From Alphaproteobacteria bacterium (GTDB lineage: Bacteria; Pseudomonadota; Alphaproteobacteria; UBA9219): DNA of 64,000 bases. The stretch spans positions 10,707 to 74,706 of the forward strand of contig JAGWIK010000008.1 in the NCBI GenBank assembly GCA_028866275.1, given 5' to 3'. Made by a program: the position numbers and the translations under genes. The stretch's first letter is position 1, and each line of letters begins with the position of its first letter. This document shows positions 37,979 through 47,648 of the stretch, one piece after another. Below the pieces are notes generated by a model. That model had not been told where the DNA came from. It was given only the letters and a program-made list of their open reading frames with translations, and ran no database searches.

Positions 37979-39055
37979 ATGTCGCGATCCGGTTGGCGCA
38001 CAATAGGAGTGGGCGGCGCGCTGTTGATGTTGGCGGTTGCGATTGTGTGGATGCGTGCACCGTCGTCCGTCGTGCCTGCGTCCAGTGAAGCCGCGGCAAC
38101 GCGGGAGTTCGTCGTCGCAACGCAAAAAATAACCGATGAAAAAGCAGTCTTCGCTACAGTTGAAAGCGCCAATACCGTGTTTGCACGCGCGCGCATCGGC
38201 GGTACGATTGCGGCATTAAAGGTCAGGCAGGGTGACCATGTAGCGCAGGGGCAGATTATCGCCGTGGTCGGCGACCGCAAGCTGGGGCTGCAGATTCAGG
38301 CCCAGGGCGCGCAGGTGCAGGCCGCCAAATCCGAAATGGATAAGGCGCAACGCGATCTGGCTCGCGGGCAAGCGTTGGCCAAGGATGGTTTTGTCACCAA
38401 GGCGCGACTGGATCAATTGCAGGCGGTTTATGACGTCGCCGTCAATACTTTTAAGTCCTTATCGGCGCAACAATCGGTGACTGAGCAGCAGCAAAATGAG
38501 GGCGAGGTTCTGGCTCCCACATCGGGACGCATTCTGACCGTGCCGGTGACGGCAGGAACCGTAGTCATGCCGGGCGAAATAGTTGCGACTATGGCCGAGC
38601 AGAATTATATCCTGCGTCTAAGCGTTCCCGAACGCCACGCCGTTTTTATCAGGCAAGGTGACGCAGTGCGCGTTGATACCGCCGATTTGCAGGTATCGCC
38701 TTCGTTTTCACGATCTTCATCGTCTTCGGACGACAATGGAACGATTACACTAGTCTATCCTAAAGTCGTCGATGGGCGGGTCGAAGCTGACGCCACGATT
38801 GAAGGGTTGGGTGATTATTTTGTTGGCCAGCGCGTGCGCGTCTGGATTCCGGTGGGCGAACGCGAAACCATCGTCGTTCCTGTTGATTACCTGATAACGC
38901 GCGACGGTATCGACTATGCCCGTCTTGAAATCAAGGGCGGGCAAACCATAGACGTTCCGGTACAGCGTGGCGACGCCGCGCCACCGGATGATATGAAGGA
39001 CGGCATTGAAATTCTGACCGGTCTGAAACCCGGCGATGTTCTGGTGCGCCCATGA
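37979..39055 (+). CDS. efflux RND transporter periplasmic adaptor subunit (MFP/HlyD family)
   Basis: Signal/TM, a lipoyl-like half (RIGGTIAALKVRQGDHVAQGQII), a coiled-coil hairpin and a beta-barrel domain. Confidence 0.85.
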   Translation: MSRSGWRTIGVGGALLMLAVAIVWMRAPSSVVPASSEAAATREFVVATQKITDEKAVFATVESANTVFARARIGGTIAALKVRQGDHVAQGQIIAVVGDRKLGLQIQAQGAQVQAAKSEMDKAQRDLARGQALAKDGFVTKARLDQLQAVYDVAVNTFKSLSAQQSVTEQQQNEGEVLAPTSGRILTVPVTAGTVVMPGEIVATMAEQNYILRLSVPERHAVFIRQGDAVRVDTADLQVSPSFSRSSSSSDDNGTITLVYPKVVDGRVEADATIEGLGDYFVGQRVRVWIPVGERETIVVPVDYLITRDGIDYARLEIKGGQTIDVPVQRGDAAPPDDMKDGIEILTGLKPGDVLVRP

Positions 39056-42000
39056 CCCCGGAATCGCCTTTGGGGATGCGTCTCGGCCTGTCTGGCTTAT
39101 TAACGCGTGCCACCATTCGGTCGCCGCTGACACCGTTGTTCTTGATCGCGGCGTTTATTTTCGGCCTCATCGCGTTGAGCGTCATTCCACGCGAGGAAGA
39201 GCCGCAGATTAGTGTGCCGATGGTAGACATTCTGGTGTCGGCCAACGGGCTGAAGGCGCCAGATGCCGCCGAGCTGGTTACCAAGCCGCTTGAGGAGATC
39301 GTCAAGAGCATCAACGGCGTCGATCATGTCTATAGCGAAACGCAGGATGATCGCGTCATGGTTACCGCGCGTTTCAAGGTCGGCACCAATGAAGATGATG
39401 CCGTCGTGCGCGTCAACGAAAAGATCCGCGCCAATTACGATCGTATTCCGTTGGGCATTCCCAAACCATTAATTATCAAGCACGGCATCAACGACGTTGC
39501 CACGGTGGTGTTGACTTTATCGCCTAGGCCCGACGCTGCCGGTCGGTGGAGCGACCCCGGCCTTGTTGAATTGGCGCGCAAGGTGCAAACCGATATGATG
39601 AAGGTGAACAATATCGGGCTGACCTATATCGTCGGCGGGGCTGGGCATGAAATCAGCGTTGAACCTGATCCGGAAAAGCTTAATCTTTATGGCGTGACGT
39701 TGGAGCAGGTCGCAGCCAAGTTGCGCGGTGCGAACAGGTCTTTTCTGGCCGGTTATGTGCGTGCCGACGGCCATATGATGCAGGTTGCGGCGGGGCAGAC
39801 CTTGTCTGGCGTTCCAGATATAGGGCTGTTGCTAATCACCACGCGCGACGGTCGCCCGGTTTATCTGCGCGACGTCGCCGCGGTGCGGTTCGACGACAGC
39901 ACGGCGGAACGCCATGTCTGGAATATCGAACCAGGTGCGGGAAAAAACTGGGTCGCGGTGCCTGCCGTTAGCATCGCGCTGGCCAAACGGGCGGGGGCCA
40001 ATGCCGTTGTCGTGGCGCACGACATCTTGCACCGGCTTCAAGTCGAGCGCGGTTCTATCATTCCCGCGGATATCCGTGTCGATGTTACCCGTAATTACGG
40101 TCAGACCGCCAATGACAAGGCGAATGAGCTTTTGTTCCATTTGGGGCTTGCCACGGTTTCCATCGTTATCCTGATTTGGTTTGCCATTGGGCGGCGCGAA
40201 GCGGCGGTTACCGCGGTGGTTATTCCGACTACAATTCTTTTGACTTTATTTGCGTCGAACCTGATGGGCTATACTATCAACCGCGTCAGCCTGTTTGCAT
40301 TGATTTTCTCCATCGGCATTTTGGTCGACGACGCCATCGTCGTTATCGAAAACATCGCACGCCATTGGGCCATGAACGACGGGCGCAGCCGCATGCAGGC
40401 CGCGATTGAGGCCGTGGCCGAAGTCGGAAATCCCACTATCGTGGCAACCCTAACCGTCATCGCAGCCCTCCTGCCGATGATGTTCGTGTCGGGTATGATG
40501 GGGCCCTATATGGCTCCGATCCCGGCTAACGCATCTGCCGCGATGCTGTTTTCCTTCTTCGTCGCCATGACCATCGCGCCGTGGCTGCTGTTAAAGCTGG
40601 CCAAAAATCATGCAGTGGCTGCCAGTGAAGCCGACCAAGACCACAAACTGGGGCGGCTGTATCGCCGTTTTGCCGAACCTATCGTGCGTTCGCGTCGAAG
40701 TGCCAAGCGGTTTCTGGTCATCGTTGGAATTGCAACGGTTCTGGCCTGTGGATTATTCGCGACGCGCAGCGTGACTGTCAAATTGCTGCCTTTTGACAAC
40801 AAGTCTGAACTTGATGTTCTGGTGGATTTATCCGCGGGCGCGAGCGTCGAGGAGACGGGCCGAGCGTTGTTCGAGGCCGCGCGCGCCGTTGAAACCGTGC
40901 CGGAAGTTCGTTTGATGCAGGTCTATGCCGGTACGGCGGCGCCGTTCAATTTCAATGGGCTCGTCCGCCATTATTATATGCGGCATTCGCCCGAACTGGG
41001 TGAGCTGGAAATCGAATTATCCGACAAGGCCGACAGGTCACGCAGCAGCCACCAGATAGCCATTGAGATTCGCAACAGGCTCAAGATGTTGAACCTGCCT
41101 GTAGGCAGCGTGACCAAAGTTGTCGAAGTGCCGCCTGGCCCGCCCGTGCTGTCAACTCTGTTGGCGGAGATTTATGGCCCCGATAGCAAGACGCGGCGCG
41201 CGGTGGCCGAGGAAGTGAAGAAAATTTTTCATCAGGTTCCTTATATCGTGGATATTGACGATTCCTACGGCCATCCGCGTCCGCGTCTGCGGTTGGGGCT
41301 TGATGAAGATCAGTTAGAATATTTCGGTGTCGAACAGCGCGACGTTTATGACACAATCGGCAAGTTGTTGGGGGGTGTATCGGTCGGCTATTCGCAGCGC
41401 GGGGAAAATCGTGACCCGATCGAAATTGTTATGCACTTGCCCAAATCGTCTTTGGTGTGGACGCGGAAGCTGGCCGCGACCCCTGTGCCTGCCGACGCCA
41501 TCCCAGGCAACCGCGGCGTCGTCGATCTGGGCGATGTCGTGCATGTGGCCAAGGAACAGGGCACGCCGGTGATTTTCCGTCGCGACGGCTACTATGTCGA
41601 TATGGTCACGGCCGAATTGGCTGGCGCCTATGAGGCGCCGATTTACGGCATGCTTGACGTCGACAGGCTGATCGATAGCCATAATTGGGGCAAACTGCCC
41701 AAGCCGATGATTGCCTTTCACGGCCAACCACAGGATGAAACCCATCCGACCCTGCTGTGGGATGGCGAATGGGAAGTTACCTATGTAACTTTCCGCGACA
41801 TGGGGGCGGCCTTTGCCGTCGCCATTCTGGGCATTTATGTTCTGGTCGTGGCGCAATTCAAGAGCTTTAAATTACCGTTGGTCATCCTGACACCGGTGCC
41901 GCTGACCTTGATCGGTATTATCTTTGGCCATTGGCTGTTTGGTGCACCTTTTACCGCGACGTCGATGATCGGGTTTATCGCGTTGGCCGGCATTATCGTA

Positions 42001-42288
42001 CGCAACTCTATTCTTTTGGTCGACTTCATTCGTCATGGCGCGGGACAGGGCAAGACGTTGCGCGAAATTTTGCTCGACGCTGGGGCAATACGATTTCGCC
42101 CTATTTTATTGACAGCGCTGGCGGCAATGATCGGTGCGGCGACGATTCTGTCCGACCCTATTTTCCAAGGGCTGGCGATTTCATTATTGTTCGGGCTGGC
42201 ATCGTCGACGCTGTTGACCGTTCTTGTCATTCCCGCCATTTATGTCGTGCTGAAAGACGCTGACGCAGTTCCGGAGAAATGCGCATGA
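39052..42288 (+). CDS. efflux RND transporter permease subunit (AcrB/CzcA superfamily)
   Basis: 1078 aa with 12 TMs and two large periplasmic loops. The TM4 region FALIFSIGILVDDAIVVIENI carries the proton-relay Asp residues. Confidence 0.93.
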   Translation: MTPESPLGMRLGLSGLLTRATIRSPLTPLFLIAAFIFGLIALSVIPREEEPQISVPMVDILVSANGLKAPDAAELVTKPLEEIVKSINGVDHVYSETQDDRVMVTARFKVGTNEDDAVVRVNEKIRANYDRIPLGIPKPLIIKHGINDVATVVLTLSPRPDAAGRWSDPGLVELARKVQTDMMKVNNIGLTYIVGGAGHEISVEPDPEKLNLYGVTLEQVAAKLRGANRSFLAGYVRADGHMMQVAAGQTLSGVPDIGLLLITTRDGRPVYLRDVAAVRFDDSTAERHVWNIEPGAGKNWVAVPAVSIALAKRAGANAVVVAHDILHRLQVERGSIIPADIRVDVTRNYGQTANDKANELLFHLGLATVSIVILIWFAIGRREAAVTAVVIPTTILLTLFASNLMGYTINRVSLFALIFSIGILVDDAIVVIENIARHWAMNDGRSRMQAAIEAVAEVGNPTIVATLTVIAALLPMMFVSGMMGPYMAPIPANASAAMLFSFFVAMTIAPWLLLKLAKNHAVAASEADQDHKLGRLYRRFAEPIVRSRRSAKRFLVIVGIATVLACGLFATRSVTVKLLPFDNKSELDVLVDLSAGASVEETGRALFEAARAVETVPEVRLMQVYAGTAAPFNFNGLVRHYYMRHSPELGELEIELSDKADRSRSSHQIAIEIRNRLKMLNLPVGSVTKVVEVPPGPPVLSTLLAEIYGPDSKTRRAVAEEVKKIFHQVPYIVDIDDSYGHPRPRLRLGLDEDQLEYFGVEQRDVYDTIGKLLGGVSVGYSQRGENRDPIEIVMHLPKSSLVWTRKLAATPVPADAIPGNRGVVDLGDVVHVAKEQGTPVIFRRDGYYVDMVTAELAGAYEAPIYGMLDVDRLIDSHNWGKLPKPMIAFHGQPQDETHPTLLWDGEWEVTYVTFRDMGAAFAVAILGIYVLVVAQFKSFKLPLVILTPVPLTLIGIIFGHWLFGAPFTATSMIGFIALAGIIVRNSILLVDFIRHGAGQGKTLREILLDAGAIRFRPILLTALAAMIGAATILSDPIFQGLAISLLFGLASSTLLTVLVIPAIYVVLKDADAVPEKCA

Positions 42289-43601
42289 AGAAGACACTTC
42301 TTTCTTGGGTTGTCTGCGCGACGTTGCTGATCTCCGTTGCCGTGGCGCGAGCCGATACGCTGGAGCAGGCCATGGTCAAGGCGTACCGCGCCAATCCGGG
42401 GCTAGAGGCGCAGCGCGCGCAATTTCGCGCCGACTGTGAACAAATCGATCAAGCCGAAGGCGGATGGCAACCGCGCATCAACGGCATTACGTCGGTCGGG
42501 AAATTATATACCTATACGCCCAATAATGCATTTCTGCCGCCGACGGGAGCGCATACGTCGCGGGCCGTGGGCGTCGAGATTGTCCAGCCGATCTTTCGTG
42601 GCTTTCGCACCGAGAATGGCATTGACGCGGCGGAAAAGAAGGTTTTGGGCAGCCAGGCCAAGCTGCAGGCCGCCGAACAGCAATTGCTGTTCAATGTCGG
42701 CAAAACCTATTTGAATCTATTGCGCGACCGCGCCGTCGTCGATTTATATCGCCACAACGAAGTAGAATTGACGGCGCGCGCTGCCGAAGCGCGCAAACGC
42801 TTTGCTGTTGGCGATGCGACGCGCACCGACGTGTTGCAGGCCGAGGCACGGCTGCAAGGGGTAAAGACCAGTTTGACTGAGGCGCAGGGGCGCATGGAAA
42901 ATGATGGCGCCGCCTATCTGCGCTATGTTGGCGATCCGCCCGCTGATTTGCAGGAACCGAAAATGCATTTTGATCTGCCCCAATCTGCTGAAGATGCCAT
43001 CGACGATGCCGTGAAGCACAACCCCGCCGTGGTTGCTGCGGCCTATGGCGAAGACGCGGCGTTAGCCGATGTCGATGTCAGCGAAGGCGCTTTGTTGCCC
43101 GAAATCGATGTTGTTGGCAGCGCGTCACGAGCGTGGGCGCAAAGCGATTTTATTCCAGGCATGCAGGATACAACAGCGGTGATGTTGCGGATGACTATAC
43201 CGTTGTACAATGCGGGGGTTGAATATTCGCAAACTCGTGCTGCTGAACAAACGGCGACGGCCAAGCATATGGAATTGGCGGATATGCGGCTGGCGGCCCG
43301 GCAAGCGACGGTTGAGGCGTGGGATTCCCTGCAAACTGCCAAGGCGGCGGAGCTGTCCAGCCAAGCGCAGGTTGACACCGACGCCAGGGCGCTCGACGGC
43401 GTCAAAAAAGAAGCCAGCGTCGGCACGCGCACGGTTCTTGACATTTTGAATGCCGAACAGGAATTGCTGGCGGCCAAGGTCAATCTTGTGCAGGCGCGGT
43501 ACGACGGAGCGCTTGCTTCACTGCAAATCGAAGCGGCGATCGGCAGGTTGACGGCCGACGGGTTGCACCTGCCAGTCGACTTGCAAGGTGACAGCAACTA
43601 A
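42279..43601 (+). CDS. TolC-family outer-membrane efflux protein
   Basis: Signal peptide plus duplicated OEP repeats (LEQAMVKAYRANPGLEAQRAQ...). It overlaps the end of the RND gene. Confidence 0.85.
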   Translation: MRMKKTLLSWVVCATLLISVAVARADTLEQAMVKAYRANPGLEAQRAQFRADCEQIDQAEGGWQPRINGITSVGKLYTYTPNNAFLPPTGAHTSRAVGVEIVQPIFRGFRTENGIDAAEKKVLGSQAKLQAAEQQLLFNVGKTYLNLLRDRAVVDLYRHNEVELTARAAEARKRFAVGDATRTDVLQAEARLQGVKTSLTEAQGRMENDGAAYLRYVGDPPADLQEPKMHFDLPQSAEDAIDDAVKHNPAVVAAAYGEDAALADVDVSEGALLPEIDVVGSASRAWAQSDFIPGMQDTTAVMLRMTIPLYNAGVEYSQTRAAEQTATAKHMELADMRLAARQATVEAWDSLQTAKAAELSSQAQVDTDARALDGVKKEASVGTRTVLDILNAEQELLAAKVNLVQARYDGALASLQIEAAIGRLTADGLHLPVDLQGDSN

Positions 43602-43746
43602 TCGCGTCCGCAAGCCAATAGGGTGAGTAAGGCATTTTCTGGTTGCGTAATCCGGCGCTGGATCCACAGTGCTTCCAAATATTAAAATGGGGATGCAAGA
43701 AAAAATGGCCCCGAACGGGCTGTTTAACTGATATAATAAGTAAGTT

Positions 43747-43777
43747 TGGTTGCGGGGGCGCGATTTGGTTCAAATAT
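43747..43777. repeat. imperfect direct repeat of the tRNA-Met 3' end (candidate attR / island distal boundary)
   Basis: TGGTTGCGGGGGC (13/13) then GCGATTTGGTTCAAAT, matching TGGTTGCGGGGGCCAGATTTGAAC at 48863-48886. Same orientation. Confidence 0.55.
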
Positions 43778-44264
43778 TAACCCGCCGCTGCTCGTGCCAC
43801 TAGTCTACGAAGGCCAGCGGCTTAAGGCAAGCCCCATGCAGGCCGCCATCCCCGATTGCCCTGTGCCTGCCGGACAGCCAGCCGAACAGGCTGCGCAACC
43901 GATAGCAGCCTAGCCAAGCCCATAGCGCCCCTTGGCTGTGCCTTGGCAGGGCTTATAGCGGATGCTCTTTGACCGCCCGCCGCCACAAAAAGGGTGATCT
44001 CCCTAAACATCGGGGCGACACCCACGGCGAGACACCCTTAAATTAGGGTGGTAAGGGGTGCAGGCGTGGCCAAGCGTATGTATAATGCTCCAATGGTCGA
44101 GGCAGCAATTTTCTGCTAACAATGATGCATAAAAAGCTCACAACCATAGCTGTAAAGCCTTGGTTAACAAATCATTGCTAAAATTATTGGCGGCCTAAGT
44201 TTTGCTGTGTGTATAGTACGCTGTACCCAGCCACACCATCAACCCAGTTGCCTGAGGGGCAGTC

Positions 44265-45245
44265 ATGACAAGCGGCAAATTATTAAGACAACTGGTAAAA
44301 GCGGCAGCAGAAGGCAACCCAAGGTCGCTCGAAGATGCCATATCGCAGGTCGTGCATGAAGAACGGGACAAGCAGCACCACTTGTTGGCGAATGACCTGG
44401 AGAGAATTCTCTACGGCATGGGGGGCAAGGCGGGAGATAATTTAAAGAACACCTATGGGGTCGTTCCTTCAGATAAAGAACGAGGACTCGATCTTCTGGA
44501 AATATTTGAACCTGCGCGTTCTTTGAATGATGTTATTTTGTCTGAACAAAATAAAAAAATTGTAGACAGGGTAATAGTTGAGAACAATCAACGCGCTTTA
44601 CTTAAAAGCTTCGGTCTGAAACCTGCACAAAAAATTCTATTCTATGGCCCCCCAGGCTGCGGCAAGACTGTAACCGCAGAAGCGATGGCTTCCGACCTAA
44701 GCCTCCCTCTCGTTCTTGTAAGGATTGACAGCGTTATTTCCTCTTATCTGGGCGAGACGGCGGCCAATCTGCGTCGTGTGTTTGAGTTTATTCGAGGGCA
44801 GACCTATGTGGTGCTTTTCGACGAATTCGATTCCTTGGCCAAAGAACGCTCCATAGCAGGAGATCACGGCGAACTGAAACGAGTGGTGAACGCATTTCTG
44901 CAAATGTTAGATGCTTATAAAGGCGATAGCATTCTTATTGCTGCTACCAATCATGAGGCGTTATTAGATAATGCTATATGGCGACGTTTTGATGAAATCA
45001 TCCCCTTTAAGTATCCGAGCAAAGCCCAAATTAAAGAACTGGTTTCCAAAAAGTTAAAGAGCGTTCGACGCGACTTTGATATGGATGACGCAAAACTTAT
45101 TGGCAGCCTTTCAAAGAAATCGCATGCTGATATCGAAAGGGTAATAATTCGCGCACTGAAGGACATGGTCTTAGGGGGGGGGCAATTTTTAACTTTGAAA
45201 CATTTAAATGAGGCAATAAAGTTAGATCAGTCTCGGAACGCATAA
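44265..45245 (+). CDS. AAA+ ATPase (classical AAA clade), IetA-like
   Basis: Walker A GPPGCGKT, Walker B VVLFDEFD, sensor-1 ATN and an Arg-finger region, preceded by a ~110-aa unique N-terminal extension. It is 15 bp upstream of the peptidase gene. Confidence 0.8.
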   Translation: MTSGKLLRQLVKAAAEGNPRSLEDAISQVVHEERDKQHHLLANDLERILYGMGGKAGDNLKNTYGVVPSDKERGLDLLEIFEPARSLNDVILSEQNKKIVDRVIVENNQRALLKSFGLKPAQKILFYGPPGCGKTVTAEAMASDLSLPLVLVRIDSVISSYLGETAANLRRVFEFIRGQTYVVLFDEFDSLAKERSIAGDHGELKRVVNAFLQMLDAYKGDSILIAATNHEALLDNAIWRRFDEIIPFKYPSKAQIKELVSKKLKSVRRDFDMDDAKLIGSLSKKSHADIERVIIRALKDMVLGGGQFLTLKHLNEAIKLDQSRNA

Positions 45246-45260
45246 AGTCTTGGCTGGTCT

Positions 45261-47633
45261 ATGGCAGAACATATACGTTTGACGCGGGAACAGCGCGGAA
45301 GCACAAGACGTCCTTCATCTAGGCGTCCCAGAGGGATACGCCCCCCTGAAGATATAGTGAGCTTTTGCCAGAGGACAGAACAAATCATTCAAAGTTTCCG
45401 TAGCACTGCAACGGATCAAATCGATGGATACGATGTTCGGCGGTTAGTGAAGCTTGAACTCGACACCGGCCTATCAGTTGATGATATTGCAAAAATCGAC
45501 GGCATTGAGTTTGTCGATCAAGACGATGGGGGCGTTGTCATTGCCCTCGCGTCAGAAAACTCTCTTGCTGAGTTTGAAGCTAGGCTTTCTGCAATAGTCC
45601 GGCATGAAAAAGTTAAAGGGGCTGAGGTTATATATGCTCTGAAAGATATGACGTCTTGGGGAGAGGAAGACAGAAAAGGACCACGCCTAAAATCAGAGCG
45701 CATACCAGATAATGAGTTCTTGGTAGACGCGGAATTGTGGTCACTTGACGGGAAGGCTGCTGAAGTCACAAAGATGCGCTCAGCATTCGAAACGTGGGCG
45801 CAGCGTACGAATATTGATATCACTGATAAACTGGCAAGCGCTCCATATTATAGACTATCAGTTGATGCCAATAAACTGAGCTTGCTATTGAAGCATAGGG
45901 ATGTTCGCTTTGTTGACCTCCTTCCGAGGTACGGCATCTCCCCTTGCGATACCTCGGTAGACATACAAGATTTGACTGTCCAGTCATCGCTCACAAATAA
46001 TGCGGGCGTGCTGGCCATTTTGGATTCAGGGATAGCAAGCAACCATCCGCTTCTATCTTCCGCTGTGGGCGATGCGCAGTCGTTTATTCAGGGGGCTGAT
46101 GCACAAGATAGTCATGGCCACGGAACATGGGTTTCTGGGGTTGCCCTGTATGGAGATGTAAGAGCAGCAATTGAGGCGAGAACATTTGTTCCAAAAATCC
46201 GACTGCTGAGTGGCAAGGTTCTCGATGACTCTGCGGAATATGAAAGAAAAATCATACTCAATTCGGTTAAAGAAGCCGTCGAGTACTTTTCAAGCAACTA
46301 TGGCTGCAAGGTTTTTAATCTGTCTTTTGGCGATAATAAATTTCAATATAACGGAGGACGGTTGCAGGCTTTTGCCATCGGGCTAGACCAGCTAGCACGG
46401 AAACATGATGTTCTTTTTGTTGTATCGGCAGGCAATTTTGATATTGAGGGATTCGCGCATAATGCGAACAAGACGGTTGAGGAAGTTTACCCCAGTTGTT
46501 TGCTTGATTCAGAAGCCAAAGTTCTTGATCCCGGCTCAGCTGTAAACGCAGTTACAGTTGGTAGCATGGCTGAATACGATAGGCCGCCCATCTACGACGA
46601 TGAGGAGATAACAAAAACACCAATTTCTTCACGTCTCCATCCATCGCCATTCACACGATCTGGGCAATCTATTAAGGGGGCTATCAAACCAGATTTTGTA
46701 GATTATGGGGGCAATTACACTCGGCATCACGGCAGACAGAATCTGCATTTAACCGAGTTGGGGCAAATAACTTTTAATCAAGCATTTGCCACTGACGGCA
46801 GGCTTTTCAAATTGGTGAATGGGACAAGCTTTTCTGCTCCGAGAGTTTCTCATTTAGCGGCGCGACTGCATGGACTGATGCCGCAAGTCAGGGCAACCAC
46901 AATACGCGCTATCCTTGGTGTTCACGCATACCTTCCCCTAAATGAAGCGCAACAAGAAGCCTTGGTAACTGCGTTGGCGAACGGCGGAGATAGCCCTCAT
47001 CTAAGCCGCCTATATGGTTTTGGTCACGTGAGTGATGATTGGATTTTTACCTCTGGAGACGAAGCTGTAACGCTTTATGCCGAGGACAACATAAGCAACA
47101 ATGTAAATCACTTTTACGAGATACCTATTGTCGATGAATTTATTACAGGAAAGAAAAGAACGAGAAAATATACAATCGCTTTAGCTCATACCCCTGTTGT
47201 GAGGGCGTCACGTTTGGACTATATCGCAACAAGAATATTTTTCAGATTGAAGTTAGCTTCCTCACTTGATGAGGTTGCAGATATTTTTTCGAATAAAGAG
47301 AACGCCATTAGAGCAAACGAAAATGGAATTGGCAGCCCCGAATATAAGATCGGTCCGCAGATGAGGGATAGAAGCACCCTTCAGGTTTCGAGCTTTTCTT
47401 TCCAGCTTAATCCAAGGAAAATGCAGGGCAAGAAGCTTTATCTAGCAGTTGTAAGAAATGATCGTCCTTGGGCTAAAGGCGATCCGTTAGTCAAAGAGGA
47501 AGAGCCTTATTCGCTAGCTGTCCATTTCCAAGACCGAGAAGCTGAGCAGGCGAACTTATACAACGCCATTCAGGCAAGCCTGCAAGCCAAGATGCAAGGC
47601 CGCACACAAGGTAGGGTTCGCCACAACAGGTAA
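45261..47633 (+). CDS. subtilisin-like serine peptidase (MEROPS S8), IetS-like, 790 aa
   Basis: Complete Asp-His-Ser triad in canonical order (ILDSGIA, HGHGTWVSG, NGTSFSAPRVSHLAARL). It has large non-catalytic N-terminal (~230 aa) and C-terminal (~250 aa) regions. Confidence 0.85.
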   Translation: MAEHIRLTREQRGSTRRPSSRRPRGIRPPEDIVSFCQRTEQIIQSFRSTATDQIDGYDVRRLVKLELDTGLSVDDIAKIDGIEFVDQDDGGVVIALASENSLAEFEARLSAIVRHEKVKGAEVIYALKDMTSWGEEDRKGPRLKSERIPDNEFLVDAELWSLDGKAAEVTKMRSAFETWAQRTNIDITDKLASAPYYRLSVDANKLSLLLKHRDVRFVDLLPRYGISPCDTSVDIQDLTVQSSLTNNAGVLAILDSGIASNHPLLSSAVGDAQSFIQGADAQDSHGHGTWVSGVALYGDVRAAIEARTFVPKIRLLSGKVLDDSAEYERKIILNSVKEAVEYFSSNYGCKVFNLSFGDNKFQYNGGRLQAFAIGLDQLARKHDVLFVVSAGNFDIEGFAHNANKTVEEVYPSCLLDSEAKVLDPGSAVNAVTVGSMAEYDRPPIYDDEEITKTPISSRLHPSPFTRSGQSIKGAIKPDFVDYGGNYTRHHGRQNLHLTELGQITFNQAFATDGRLFKLVNGTSFSAPRVSHLAARLHGLMPQVRATTIRAILGVHAYLPLNEAQQEALVTALANGGDSPHLSRLYGFGHVSDDWIFTSGDEAVTLYAEDNISNNVNHFYEIPIVDEFITGKKRTRKYTIALAHTPVVRASRLDYIATRIFFRLKLASSLDEVADIFSNKENAIRANENGIGSPEYKIGPQMRDRSTLQVSSFSFQLNPRKMQGKKLYLAVVRNDRPWAKGDPLVKEEEPYSLAVHFQDREAEQANLYNAIQASLQAKMQGRTQGRVRHNR

Positions 47634-47648
47634 GAGGCACCTGGCCGA

